From the NCBI RefSeq assembly GCF_009914755.1, contig NC_060936.1: a DNA stretch of 64,000 bases. The stretch is one strand, 5' to 3'. Shown here in pieces: positions 35,831 through 50,776 of the stretch. This DNA is from the human T2T-CHM13v2.0 reference genome, Homo sapiens. A program made the position numbers and the translations under genes. A model generated the notes under the pieces. It made no database searches and had not been told where the DNA came from. It was given only the letters and a program-made list of their open reading frames with translations. Positions within the stretch are counted from its first letter, which is position 1; every line of letters begins with the position of its first letter.

Positions 35831-38800
35831 ATTACATGAAGAAATCCCATTTCCAACGAAGGCCTCAAAGAGGTCCAAATATCTGCTTGCAGACTTTACA
35901 GACAGAGTGTTTCCAAACTGCTCCATCAAAAGAAAGGTGAAACTCCTTGAGTTGAACACACACATCACAAAGTAGTTTCTGTGAATGATTCTGTCTAGTT
36001 TTTATACGAAGATGTTTCCTTTTCTACCTTTGGTCTCAAAGCGATTGAAATCTCCACATGGAAACTCCACAAAAAGAGTGTTTCAAATCTGCTCTTTCTG
36101 AAGGAAGGTTCAACTCTGTGAGTTGAATACACACACCACAAATAAGTTACTGAGAATTCTTCTGTGTAACATTATATGAGGAAATCCCGTTTCCAACGAA
36201 GGCCTCAAAGAGGTCCAAATATCCACTTGCAGACTTTACAAAGACAGTGTCTCCAAACTCCTCCATCAAAAGAAAGGTTATACTCTGTGAATTGAATGCA
36301 CACATCACAAAGTAGTTTCTGAGAATGATTCTGTCTAGTTTTTATACGAAGATATTTCCTTTTCTACATTTGGCCTAAAAGCGCTTGAAATCTCCACCTG
36401 CAAATATCACAAAAAGAGGGTTTCACATCTGCTCTGTCTAAAGGACAGTTCACCTCTGTGAGTTGAATAGAGGCAACACAAAGAACTTACTCAGTATTCT
36501 TCTTTCTAGCATTCTATGAAGAAATCCCGTTTCCAACGAAGGCCCCAAAGAGGTCCAAATATCTGCTTGCAGACTTTACAGACAGAGTTTTTCCAAACTG
36601 CTCCATCAAAAGAAAGGTTAAACTCCTTGAGTTGAACACACACATCACAAAGTAGTTTCTGTGAATGATTCTGTCTAGTTTTTATAAGAAGATGTTTCCT
36701 TTTCTACCTTTGGTCTCAAAGCGATTGAAATCTCCACATGGAAACTCCTCAAAAAGAGTGTTTCAAATCTGCTCTTTCTGAAGGAAGGTTCAACTCTGTG
36801 AGTTGAATACACACACCACAAATAAGTTACTGAGAATTCTTCTGTGTAACATTATATGAGGAAATCCCGTTTCCAACGAAGGCCTCAAAGAGGTCCAAAT
36901 ATCCACTTGCGGACATTACAAACAGTGTGTTTCCCAACTGCTCCATCAAAAGAAAGGTTAAACTCTGTGAGCTGAACACACACATCAAAAAGAAGTTTCT
37001 GTGAATGATTCTGTCTAGATTTTATAAGAAGATGTTTCCTTTTCTACCGTAGGCCTCAAAGCGCTTGAAATCTCCAGCTGCAAATTCCACAAAAAGGGTG
37101 TTTAACATCTGCTCTTCTAAAGGAAAGTTCAACTCTATGAGTTGAATACACACAGCACAAAGAAGTTACTGAGACTTCTCCTATCAAACATTATATGAAG
37201 AAATCCCGTTTCCAACGAAGGCCTCAAAGAGGTCCAAATGTCTGCTTGCAGACTTTACAGACAGAGTGTTTCCAAACTGCTCCATCAAAAGAAAGGTTAA
37301 ACTCCTTGAGTTGAACACACACATCACAAAGTAGTTTCTGTGAATGATTCTGTCTAGTTTTTATACGAAGATGTTTCCTTTTCTACCTTTGGTCTCAAAG
37401 CGATTGAAATCTCCACATGGAAACTCCACAAAAAGAGTGTTTCAAATCTGCTCTTTCTGAAGGAAGGTTCAACTCTGTGAGTTGAATACACACACCACAA
37501 ATAAGTTACTGAGAATTCTTCTGTGTAACATTATATGAGGAAATCCCGTTTCCAACGAAGGCCTCAAAGAGGTCCAAATATCCACTTGCAGACTTTACAA
37601 AGACAGTGTCTCCAAACTCCTCCATCAAAAGAAAGGTTATACTCTGTGAATTGAACGCACACATCACAAAGTAGTTTCTGAGAATGATTCTGTCTAGTTT
37701 TTATACGAAGATATTTCCTTTTCTACATTTGGCCTAAAAGCGCTTGAAATCTCCACCTGCAAATATCACAAAAAGAGGGTTTCACATCTGCTCTGTCTAA
37801 AGGACAGTTCACCTCTGTGAGTTGAATAGAGGCAACACAAAGAACTTACTCAGTATTCTTCTTTCTAGCATTCTATGAAGAAATCCCGTTTCCAACGAAG
37901 GCCTCAAAGAGGTCAAATATCTGCTTGCAGACTTTACAGACAGAGTGTTTCCAAACTACTCTATGAAAAGAAAGCTTAAACTCCTTGAGTTGAACGCACA
38001 CATCACAAAGTAGTTTCTGAGAATGATTCTGTCTAGTTTTTATACGAAGATGTTTCCTTTTCTACATTTGGTCTCAAAGCTCTTGAAATCTCCAACTGGA
38101 AACTGCACAAATAGGCTGTTTCAAATCTGCTCTGTCTAAAGGAAGGTTCAACTCTGTGAGTTGAATACACACACCACAAATAAGTTACTGAGAATTCTTC
38201 TGTCGAACATTACTTGAAGAAATCCCGTTTCCAACGAAGGCCTCAAAGAGGTCCAAATATCCACTTGCAGACGTTACAAACAGAGTGTTTCCAAACTGCT
38301 CCATCAAAAGAAAGGTTAAACTCTGTGAGCTGAACACACACATCAAAAAGAAGTTTCTGTGAATGATTCTGTCTAGATTTTATAAGAAGATGTTTCCTTT
38401 TCTACCGTAGGCCTCAAAGCGCTTGAAATCTCCAGCTGCAAATTCCACAAAAAGGGTGTTTAACATCTGCTCTTCTAAAGGAAAGTTCAACTCTATGAGT
38501 TGAATACACACAGCACAAAGAAGTTACTGAGACTTCTCCTATCAAACATTATATGAAGAAATCCCGTTTCCAACGAAGGCCTCAAAGAGGTCCAAATATC
38601 TGCTTGCAGACTTTACAGACAGAGTGTTTCCAAACTGCTCCATCAAAAGAAAGGTTAAACTCCTTGAGTTGAACACACACATCACAAAGTAGTTTCTGTG
38701 AATGATTCTGTCTAGTTTTTATACGAAGATGTTTCCTTTTCTACCTTTGGTCTCAAAGCGATTGAAATCTCCACATGGAAACTCCACAAAAAGAGTGTTT

Positions 38801-40211
38801 CAAATCTGCTCTTTCTGAAGGAAGGTTCAACTCTGTGAGTTGAATACACACACCACAAATAAGTTACTGAGAATTCTTCTGTGTAACATTATATGAGGAA
38901 ATCCCGTTTCCAACGAAGGCCTCAAAGAGGTCCAAATATCCACTTGCAGACTTTACAAAGACAGTGTCTCCAAACTCCTCCATCAAAAGAAAGGTTATAC
39001 TCTGTGAATTGAACGCATACATCACAAAGTAGTTTCTGAGAATGATTCTGTCTAGTTTTTATACGAAGATATTTCCTTTTCTACATTTGGCCTAAAAGCG
39101 CTTGAAATCTCCACCTGCAAATATCACAAAAAGAGGGTTTCACATCTGCTCTGTCTAAAGGACAGTTCACCTCTGTGAGTTGAATAGAGGCAACACAAAG
39201 AACTTACTCAGTATTCTTCTTTCTAGCATTCTATGAAGAAATCCCGTTTCCAACGAAGGCCTCAAAGAGGTCCAAATATCTGCTTGCAGACTTTACAGAC
39301 AGAGTTTTTCCAAACTGCTCCATCAAAAGAAAGGTTAAACTCCTTGAGTTGAACACACACATCACAAAGTAGTTTCTGTGAATGATTCTGTCTAGTTTTT
39401 ATACGAAGATGTTTCCTTTTCTACCTTTGGTCTCAAAGCGATTGAAATCTCCACATGGAAACTCCACAAAAAGAGTGTTTCAAATCTGCTCTTTCTGAAG
39501 GAAGGTTCAACTCTGTGAGTTGAATACACACACCACAAATAAGTTACTGAGAATTCTTCTGTGTAACATTATATGAGGAAATCCCGTTTCCAACGAAGGC
39601 CTCAAAGAGGTCCAAATATCCACTTGCAGACTTTACAAAGACAGTGTCTCCAAACTCCTCCATCAAAAGAAAGGTTATACTCTGTGAATTGAACGCACAC
39701 ATCACAAAGTAGTTTCTGAGAATGATTCTGTCTAGTTTTTATACGAAGATATTTCCTTTTCTACATTTGGCCTAAAAGCGCTTGAAATCTCCACCTGCAA
39801 ATATCACAAAAAGAGGGTTTCACATCTGCTCTGTCTAAAGGACAGTTCACCTCTGTGAGTTGAATAGAGGCAACACAAAGAACTTACTCAGTATTCTTCT
39901 TTCTAGCATTCTATGAAGAAATCCCGTTTCCAACGAAGGCCCCAAAGAGGTCCAAATATCTGCTTGCAGACTTTACAGACAGAGTTTTTCCAAACTGCTC
40001 CATCAAAAGAAAGGTTAAACTCCTTGAGTTGAACACACACATCACAAAGTAGTTTCTGTGAATGATTCTGTCTAGTTTTTATAAGAAGATGTTTCCTTTT
40101 CTACCTTTGGTCTCAAAGCGATTGAAATCTCCACATGGAAACTCCTCAAAAAGAGTGTTTCAAATCTGCTCTTTCTGAAGGAAGGTTCAACTCTGTGAGT
40201 TGAATACACAA

Positions 40212-43200
40212 ACCACAAATAAGTTACTGAGAATTCTTCTGTGTAACATTATATGAGGAAATCCCGTTTCCAACGAAGGCCTCAAAGAGGTCCAAATATC
40301 CACTTGCGGACATTACAAACAGTGTGTTTCCCAACTGCTCCATCAAAAGAAAGGTTAAACTCTGTGAGCTGAACACACACATCAAAAAGAAGTTTCTGTG
40401 AATGATTCTGTCTAGATTTTATAAGAAGATGTTTCCTTTTCTACCGTAGGCCTCAAAGCGCTTGAAATCTCCAGCTGCAAATTCCACAAAAAGGGTGTTT
40501 AACATCTGCTCTTCTAAAGGAAAGTTCAACTCTATGAGTTGAATACACACAGCACAAAGAAGTTACTGAGACTTCTCCTATCAAACATTATATGAAGAAA
40601 TCCCGTTTCCAACGAAGGCCTCAAAGAGGTCCAAATGTCTGCTTGCAGACTTTACAGACAGAGTGTTTCCAAACTGCTCCATCAAAAGAAAGGTTAAACT
40701 CCTTGAGTTGAACACACACATCACAAAGTAGTTTCTGTGAATGATTCTGTCTAGTTTTTATACGAAGATGTTTCCTTTTCTACCTTTGGTCTCAAAGCGA
40801 TTGAAATCTCCACATGGAAACTCCACAAAAAGAGTGTTTCAAATCTGCTCTTTCTGAAGGAAGGTTCAACTCTGTGAGTTGAATACACACACCACAAATA
40901 AGTTACTGAGAATTCTTCTGTGTAACATTATATGAGGAAATCCCGTTTCCAACGAAGGCCTCAAAGAGGTCCAAATATCCACTTGCAGACTTTACAAAGA
41001 CAGTGTCTCCAAACTCCTCCATCAAAAGAAAGGTTATACTCTGTGAATTGAACGCACACATCACAAAGTAGTTTCTGAGAATGATTCTGTCTAGTTTTTA
41101 TACGAAGATATTTCCTTTTCTACATTTGGCCTAAAAGCGCTTGAAATCTCCACCTGCAAATATCACAAAAAGAGGGTTTCACATCTGCTCTGTCTAAAGG
41201 ACAGTTCACCTCTGTGAGTTGAATAGAGGCAACACAAAGAACTTACTCAGTATTCTTCTTTCTAGCGTTCTATGAAGAAATCCCGTTTCCAACGAAGGCC
41301 TCAAAGAGGTCAAATATCTGCTTGCAGACTTTACAGACAGAGTGTTTCCAAACTACTCTATGAAAAGAAAGCTTAAACTCCTTGAGTTGAACGCACACAT
41401 CACAAAGTAGTTTCTGAGAATGATTCTGTCTAGTTTTTATACGAAGATGTTTCCTTTTCTACATTTGGTCTCAAAGCTCTTGAAATCTCCAACTGGAAAC
41501 TGCACAAATAGGCTGTTTCAAATCTGCTCTGTCTAAAGGAAGGTTCAACTCTGTGAGTTGAATACACACACCACAAATAAGTTACTGAGAATTCTTCTGT
41601 CGAACATTACTTGAAGAAATCCCGTTTCCAACGAAGGCCTCAAAGAGGTCCAAATATCCACTTGCAGACGTTACAAACAGAGTGTTTCCAAACTGCTCCA
41701 TCAAAAGAAAGGTTAAACTCTGTGAGCTGAACACACACATCAAAAAGAAGTTTCTGTGAATGATTCTGTCTAGATTTTATAAGAAGATGTTTCCTTTTCT
41801 ACCGTAGGCCTCAAAGCGCTTGAAATCTCCAGCTGCAAATTCCACAAAAAGGGTGTTTAACATCTGCTCTTCTAAAGGAAAGTTCAACTCTATGAGTTGA
41901 ATACACACAGCACAAAGAAGTTACTGAGACTTCTCCTATCAAACATTATATGAAGAAATCCCGTTTCCAACGAAGGCCTCAAAGAGGTCCAAATATCTGC
42001 TTGCAGACTTTACAGACAGAGTGTTTCCAAACTGCTCCATCAAAAGAAAGGTTAAACTCCTTGAGTTGAACACACACATCACAAAGTAGTTTCTGTGAAT
42101 GATTCTGTCTAGTTTTTATACGAAGATGTTTCCTTTTCTACCTTTGGTCTCAAAGCGATTGAAATCTCCACATGGAAACTCCACAAAAAGAGTGTTTCAA
42201 ATCTGCTCTTTCTGAAGGAAGGTTCAACTCTGTGAGTTGAATACACACACCACAAATAAGTTACTGAGAATTCTTCTGTGTAACATTATATGAGGAAATC
42301 CCGTTTCCAACGAAGGCCTCAAAGAGGTCCAAATATCCACTTGCAGACTTTACAAAGACAGTGTCTCCAAACTCCTCCATCAAAAGAAAGGTTATACTCT
42401 GTGAATTGAACGCATACATCACAAAGTAGTTTCTGAGAATGATTCTGTCTAGTTTTTATACGAAGATATTTCCTTTTCTACATTTGGCCTAAAAGCGCTT
42501 GAAATCTCCACCTGCAAATATCACAAAAAGAGGGTTTCACATCTGCTCTGTCTAAAGGACAGTTCACCTCTGTGAGTTGAATAGAGGCAACACAAAGAAC
42601 TTACTCAGTATTCTTCTTTCTAGCATTCTATGAAGAAATCCCGTTTCCAACGAAGGCCTCAAAGAGGTCCAAATATCTGCTTGCAGACTTTACAGACAGA
42701 GTTTTTCCAAACTGCTCCATCAAAAGAAAGGTTAAACTCCTTGAGTTGAACACACACATCACAAAGTAGTTTCTGTGAATGATTCTGTCTAGTTTTTATA
42801 CGAAGATGTTTCCTTTTCTACCTTTGGTCTCAAAGCGATTGAAATCTCCACATGGAAACTCCACAAAAAGAGTGTTTCAAATCTGCTCTTTCTGAAGGAA
42901 GGTTCAACTCTGTGAGTTGAATACACACACCACAAATAAGTTACTGAGAATTCTTCTGTGTAACATTATATGAGGAAATCCCGTTTCCAACGAAGGCCTC
43001 AAAGAGGTCCAAATATCCACTTGCAGACTTTACAAAGACAGTGTCTCCAAACTCCTCCATCAAAAGAAAGGTTATACTCTGTGAATTGAACGCACACATC
43101 ACAAAGTAGTTTCTGAGAATGATTCTGTCTAGTTTTTATACGAAGATATTTCCTTTTCTACATTTGGCCTAAAAGCGCTTGAAATCTCCACCTGCAAATA

Positions 43201-46200
43201 TCACAAAAAGAGGGTTTCACATCTGCTCTGTCTAAAGGACAGTTCACCTCTGTGAGTTGAATAGAGGCAACACAAAGAACTTACTCAGTATTCTTCTTTC
43301 TAGCGTTCTATGAAGAAATCCCGTTTCCAACGAAGGCCTCAAAGAGGTCAAATATCTGCTTGCAGACTTTACAGACAGAGTGTTTCCAAACTACTCTATG
43401 AAAAGAAAGCTTAAACTCCTTGAGTTGAACACACACATCACAAAGTAGTTTCTGAGAATGATTCTGTCTAGTTTTTATACGAAGATGTTTCCTTTTCTAC
43501 ATTTGGTCTCAAAGCGATTGAAATCTCCAACTGGAAACTGCACAAATAGGCTGTTTCAAATCTGCTCTGTCTAAAGGAAGGTTCAGCTCTGTGAGTTGAA
43601 TACACACACCACAAATAAGTTACTGAGAATTCTTCTGTCGAACATTACAGGAAGAAATCCCGTTTCCAACGAAGGCCTCAAAGAGGTCCAAATATCCACT
43701 TGCAGACATTACAAACAGTGTGTTTCCCAACTGCTCCATCAAAAGAAAGGTTAAACTCTGTGAGCTGAACACACACATCAAAAAGAAGTTTCTGTGAATG
43801 ATTCTGTCTAGATTTTATAAGAAGATGTTTCCTTTTCTACCGTAGGCCTCAAAGCGCTTGAAATCTCCAGCTGCAAATTCCACAAAAAGGGTGTTTAACA
43901 TCTGCTCTTCTAAAGGAAAGTTCAACTCTATGAGTTGAATACACACAGCACAAAGGAGTTACTGAGACTTCTCCTATCAAACATTATATGAAGAAATCCC
44001 GTTTCCAACGAAGGCCTCAAAGAGGTCCAAATATCTGCTTGCAGACTTTACAGACAGAGTGTTTCCAAACTGCTCCATCAAAAGAAAGGTTAAACTCCTT
44101 GAGTTGAACACACACATCACAAAGTAGTTTCTGTGAATGATTCTGTCTAGTTTTTATACGAAGATGTTTCCTTTTCTACCTTTGGTCTCAAAGCGATTGA
44201 AATCTCCACATGGAAACTCCACAAAAAGAGTGTTTCAAATCTGCTCTTTCTGAAGGAAGGTTCAACTCTGTGAGTTGAATACACACACCACAAATAAGTT
44301 ACTGAGAATTCTTCTGTGTAACATTATATGAGGAAATCCCGTTTCCAACGAAGGCCTCAAAGAGGTCCAAATATCCACTTGCAGACTTTACAAAGACAGT
44401 GTCTCCAAACTCCTCCATCAAAAGAAAGGTTATACTCTGTGAATTGAATGCACACATCACAAAGTAGTTTCTGAGAATGATTCTGTCTAGTTTTTATACG
44501 AAGATATTTCCTTTTCTACATTTGGCCTAAAAGCGCTTGAAATCTCCACCTGCAAATATCACAAAAAGAGGGTTTCACATCTGCTCTGTCTAAAGGACAG
44601 TTCACCTCTGTGAGTTGAATAGAGGCAACACAAAGAACTTACTCAGTATTCTTCTTTCTAGCATTCTATGAAGAAATCCCGTTTCCAACGAAGGCCCCAA
44701 AGAGGTCCAAATATCTGCTTGCAGACTTTACAGACAGAGTTTTTCCAAACTGCTCCATCAAAAGAAAGGTTAAACTCCTTGAGTTGAACACACACATCAC
44801 AAAGTAGTTTCTGTGAATGATTCTGTCTAGTTTTTATAAGAAGATGTTTCCTTTTCTACCTTTGGTCTCAAAGCGATTGAAATCTCCACATGGAAACTCC
44901 TCAAAAAGAGTGTTTCAAATCTGCTCTTTCTGAAGGAAGGTTCAACTCTGTGAGTTGAATACACACACCACAAATAAGTTACTGAGAATTCTTCTGTGTA
45001 ACATTATATGAGGAAATCCCGTTTCCAACGAAGGCCTCAAAGAGGTCCAAATATCCACTTGCGGACATTACAAACAGTGTGTTTCCCAACTGCTCCATCA
45101 AAAGAAAGGTTAAACTCTGTGAGCTGAACACACACATCAAAAAGAAGTTTCTGTGAATGATTCTGTCTAGATTTTATAAGAAGATGTTTCCTTTTCTACC
45201 GTAGGCCTCAAAGCGCTTGAAATCTCCAGCTGCAAATTCCACAAAAAGGGTGTTTAACATCTGCTCTTCTAAAGGAAAGTTCAACTCTATGAGTTGAATA
45301 CACACAGCACAAAGAAGTTACTGAGACTTCTCCTATCAAACATTATATGAAGAAATCCCGTTTCCAACGAAGGCCTCAAAGAGGTCCAAATGTCTGCTTG
45401 CAGACTTTACAGACAGAGTGTTTCCAAACTGCTCCATCAAAAGAAAGGTTAAACTCCTTGAGTTGAACACACACATCACAAAGTAGTTTCTGTGAATGAT
45501 TCTGTCTAGTTTTTATACGAAGATGTTTCCTTTTCTACCTTTGGTCTCAAAGCGATTGAAATCTCCACATGGAAACTCCACAAAAAGAGTGTTTCAAATC
45601 TGCTCTTTCTGAAGGAAGGTTCAACTCTGTGAGTTGAATACACACACCACAAATAAGTTACTGAGAATTCTTCTGTGTAACATTATATGAGGAAATCCCG
45701 TTTCCAACGAAGGCCTCAAAGAGGTCCAAATATCCACTTGCAGACTTTACAAAGACAGTGTCTCCAAACTCCTCCATCAAAAGAAAGGTTATACTCTGTG
45801 AATTGAACGCACACATCACAAAGTAGTTTCTGAGAATGATTCTGTCTAGTTTTTATACGAAGATATTTCCTTTTCTACATTTGGCCTAAAAGCGCTTGAA
45901 ATCTCCACCTGCAAATATCACAAAAAGAGGGTTTCACATCTGCTCTGTCTAAAGGACAGTTCACCTCTGTGAGTTGAATAGAGGCAACACAAAGAACTTA
46001 CTCAGTATTCTTCTTTCTAGCGTTCTATGAAGAAATCCCGTTTCCAACGAAGGCCTCAAAGAGGTCAAATATCTGCTTGCAGACTTTACAGACAGAGTGT
46101 TTCCAAACTACTCTATGAAAAGAAAGCTTAAACTCCTTGAGTTGAACGCACACATCACAAAGTAGTTTCTGAGAATGATTCTGTCTAGTTTTTATACGAA

Positions 46201-49200
46201 GATGTTTCCTTTTCTACATTTGGTCTCAAAGCTCTTGAAATCTCCAACTGGAAACTGCACAAATAGGCTGTTTCAAATCTGCTCTGTCTAAAGGAAGGTT
46301 CAACTCTGTGAGTTGAATACACACACCACAAATAAGTTACTGAGAATTCTTCTGTCGAACATTACTTGAAGAAATCCCGTTTCCAACGAAGGCCTCAAAG
46401 AGGTCCAAATATCCACTTGCAGACGTTACAAACAGAGTGTTTCCAAACTGCTCCATCAAAAGAAAGGTTAAACTCTGTGAGCTGAACACACACATCAAAA
46501 AGAAGTTTCTGTGAATGATTCTGTCTAGATTTTATAAGAAGATGTTTCCTTTTCTACCGTAGGCCTCAAAGCGCTTGAAATCTCCAGCTGCAAATTCCAC
46601 AAAAAGGGTGTTTAACATCTGCTCTTCTAAAGGAAAGTTCAACTCTATGAGTTGAATACACACAGCACAAAGAAGTTACTGAGACTTCTCCTATCAAACA
46701 TTATATGAAGAAATCCCGTTTCCAACGAAGGCCTCAAAGAGGTCCAAATATCTGCTTGCAGACTTTACAGACAGAGTGTTTCCAAACTGCTCCATCAAAA
46801 GAAAGGTTAAACTCCTTGAGTTGAACACACACATCACAAAGTAGTTTCTGTGAATGATTCTGTCTAGTTTTTATACGAAGATGTTTCCTTTTCTACCTTT
46901 GGTCTCAAAGCGATTGAAATCTCCACATGGAAACTCCACAAAAAGAGTGTTTCAAATCTGCTCTTTCTGAAGGAAGGTTCAACTCTGTGAGTTGAATACA
47001 CACACCACAAATAAGTTACTGAGAATTCTTCTGTGTAACATTATATGAGGAAATCCCGTTTCCAACGAAGGCCTCAAAGAGGTCCAAATATCCACTTGCA
47101 GACTTTACAAAGACAGTGTCTCCAAACTCCTCCATCAAAAGAAAGGTTATACTCTGTGAATTGAACGCATACATCACAAAGTAGTTTCTGAGAATGATTC
47201 TGTCTAGTTTTTATACGAAGATATTTCCTTTTCTACATTTGGCCTAAAAGCGCTTGAAATCTCCACCTGCAAATATCACAAAAAGAGGGTTTCACATCTG
47301 CTCTGTCTAAAGGACAGTTCACCTCTGTGAGTTGAATAGAGGCAACACAAAGAACTTACTCAGTATTCTTCTTTCTAGCATTCTATGAAGAAATCCCGTT
47401 TCCAACGAAGGCCTCAAAGAGGTCCAAATATCTGCTTGCAGACTTTACAGACAGAGTTTTTCCAAACTGCTCCATCAAAAGAAAGGTTAAACTCCTTGAG
47501 TTGAACACACACATCACAAAGTAGTTTCTGTGAATGATTCTGTCTAGTTTTTATACGAAGATGTTTCCTTTTCTACCTTTGGTCTCAAAGCGATTGAAAT
47601 CTCCACATGGAAACTCCACAAAAAGAGTGTTTCAAATCTGCTCTTTCTGAAGGAAGGTTCAACTCTGTGAGTTGAATACACACACCACAAATAAGTTACT
47701 GAGAATTCTTCTGTGTAACATTATATGAGGAAATCCCGTTTCCAACGAAGGCCTCAAAGAGGTCCAAATATCCACTTGCAGACTTTACAAAGACAGTGTC
47801 TCCAAACTCCTCCATCAAAAGAAAGGTTATACTCTGTGAATTGAACGCACACATCACAAAGTAGTTTCTGAGAATGATTCTGTCTAGTTTTTATACGAAG
47901 ATATTTCCTTTTCTACATTTGGCCTAAAAGCGCTTGAAATCTCCACCTGCAAATATCACAAAAAGAGGGTTTCACATCTGCTCTGTCTAAAGGACAGTTC
48001 ACCTCTGTGAGTTGAATAGAGGCAACACAAAGAACTTACTCAGTATTCTTCTTTCTAGCGTTCTATGAAGAAATCCCGTTTCCAACGAAGGCCTCAAAGA
48101 GGTCAAATATCTGCTTGCAGACTTTACAGACAGAGTGTTTCCAAACTACTCTATGAAAAGAAAGCTTAAACTCCTTGAGTTGAACGCACACATCACAAAG
48201 TAGTTTCTGAGAATGATTCTGTCTAGTTTTTATACGAAGATGTTTCCTTTTCTACATTTGGTCTCAAAGCGATTGAAATCTCCAACTGGAAACTGCACAA
48301 ATAGGCTGTTTCAAATCTGCTCTGTCTAAAGGAAGGTTCAGCTCTGTGAGTTGAATACACACACCACAAATAAGTTACTGAGAATTCTTCTGTCGAACAT
48401 TACAGGAAGAAATCCCGTTTCCAACGAAGGCCTCAAAGAGGTCCAAATATCCACTTGCAGACATTACAAACAGTGTGTTTCCCAACTGCTCCATCAAAAG
48501 AAAGGTTAAACTCTGTGAGCTGAACACACACATCAAAAAGAAGTTTCTGTGAATGATTCTGTCTAGATTTTATAAGAAGATGTTTCCTTTTCTACCGTAG
48601 GCCTCAAAGCGCTTGAAATCTCCAGCTGCAAATTCCACAAAAAGGGTGTTTAACATCTGCTCTTCTAAAGGAAAGTTCAACTCTATGAGTTGAATACACA
48701 CAGCACAAAGGAGTTACTGAGACTTCTCCTATCAAACATTATATGAAGAAATCCCGTTTCCAACGAAGGCCTCAAAGAGGTCCAAATATCTGCTTGCAGA
48801 CTTTACAGACAGAGTGTTTCCAAACTGCTCCATCAAAAGAAAGGTTAAACTCCTTGAGTTGAACACACACATCACAAAGTAGTTTCTGTGAATGATTCTG
48901 TCTAGTTTTTATACGAAGATGTTTCCTTTTCTACCTTTGGTCTCAAAGCGATTGAAATCTCCACATGGAAACTCCACAAAAAGAGTGTTTCAAATCTGCT
49001 CTTTCTGAAGGAAGGTTCAACTCTGTGAGTTGAATACACACACCACAAATAAGTTACTGAGAATTCTTCTGTGTAACATTATATGAGGAAATCCCGTTTC
49101 CAACGAAGGCCTCAAAGAGGTCCAAATATCCACTTGCAGACTTTACAAAGACAGTGTCTCCAAACTCCTCCATCAAAAGAAAGGTTATACTCTGTGAATT

Positions 49201-50776
49201 GAATGCACACATCACAAAGTAGTTTCTGAGAATGATTCTGTCTAGTTTTTATACGAAGATATTTCCTTTTCTACATTTGGCCTAAAAGCGCTTGAAATCT
49301 CCACCTGCAAATATCACAAAAAGAGGGTTTCACATCTGCTCTGTCTAAAGGACAGTTCACCTCTGTGAGTTGAATAGAGGCAACACAAAGAACTTACTCA
49401 GTATTCTTCTTTCTAGCATTCTATGAAGAAATCCCGTTTCCAACGAAGGCCCCAAAGAGGTCCAAATATCTGCTTGCAGACTTTACAGACAGAGTTTTTC
49501 CAAACTGCTCCATCAAAAGAAAGGTTAAACTCCTTGAGTTGAACACACACATCACAAAGTAGTTTCTGTGAATGATTCTGTCTAGTTTTTATAAGAAGAT
49601 GTTTCCTTTTCTACCTTTGGTCTCAAAGCGATTGAAATCTCCACATGGAAACTCCTCAAAAAGAGTGTTTCAAATCTGCTCTTTCTGAAGGAAGGTTCAA
49701 CTCTGTGAGTTGAATACACACACCACAAATAAGTTACTGAGAATTCTTCTGTGTAACATTATATGAGGAAATCCCGTTTCCAACGAAGGCCTCAAAGAGG
49801 TCCAAATATCCACTTGCGGACATTACAAACAGTGTGTTTCCCAACTGCTCCATCAAAAGAAAGGTTAAACTCTGTGAGCTGAACACACACATCAAAAAGA
49901 AGTTTCTGTGAATGATTCTGTCTAGATTTTATAAGAAGATGTTTCCTTTTCTACCGTAGGCCTCAAAGCGCTTGAAATCTCCAGCTGCAAATTCCACAAA
50001 AAGGGTGTTTAACATCTGCTCTTCTAAAGGAAAGTTCAACTCTATGAGTTGAATACACACAGCACAAAGAAGTTACTGAGACTTCTCCTATCAAACATTA
50101 TATGAAGAAATCCCGTTTCCAACGAAGGCCTCAAAGAGGTCCAAATGTCTGCTTGCAGACTTTACAGACAGAGTGTTTCCAAACTGCTCCATCAAAAGAA
50201 AGGTTAAACTCCTTGAGTTGAACACACACATCACAAAGTAGTTTCTGTGAATGATTCTGTCTAGTTTTTATACGAAGATGTTTCCTTTTCTACCTTTGGT
50301 CTCAAAGCGATTGAAATCTCCACATGGAAACTCCACAAAAAGAGTGTTTCAAATCTGCTCTTTCTGAAGGAAGGTTCAACTCTGTGAGTTGAATACACAC
50401 ACCACAAATAAGTTACTGAGAATTCTTCTGTGTAACATTATATGAGGAAATCCCGTTTCCAACGAAGGCCTCAAAGAGGTCCAAATATCCACTTGCAGAC
50501 TTTACAAAGACAGTGTCTCCAAACTCCTCCATCAAAAGAAAGGTTATACTCTGTGAATTGAACGCACACATCACAAAGTAGTTTCTGAGAATGATTCTGT
50601 CTAGTTTTTATACGAAGATATTTCCTTTTCTACATTTGGCCTAAAAGCGCTTGAAATCTCCACCTGCAAATATCACAAAAAGAGGGTTTCACATCTGCTC
50701 TGTCTAAAGGACAGTTCACCTCTGTGAGTTGAATAGAGGCAACACAAAGAACTTACTCAGTATTCTTCTTTCTAGC
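40212..50776. repeat. Tandem duplication, 4755-bp unit (28 monomers), about 2.2 copies
   Basis: Markers at offset 4755: caaaggag (43956/48711), gaatgc (44449/49204) and gcatac (42415/47170). The dimer order is identical; one difference seen at 43431. Confidence 0.87.
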
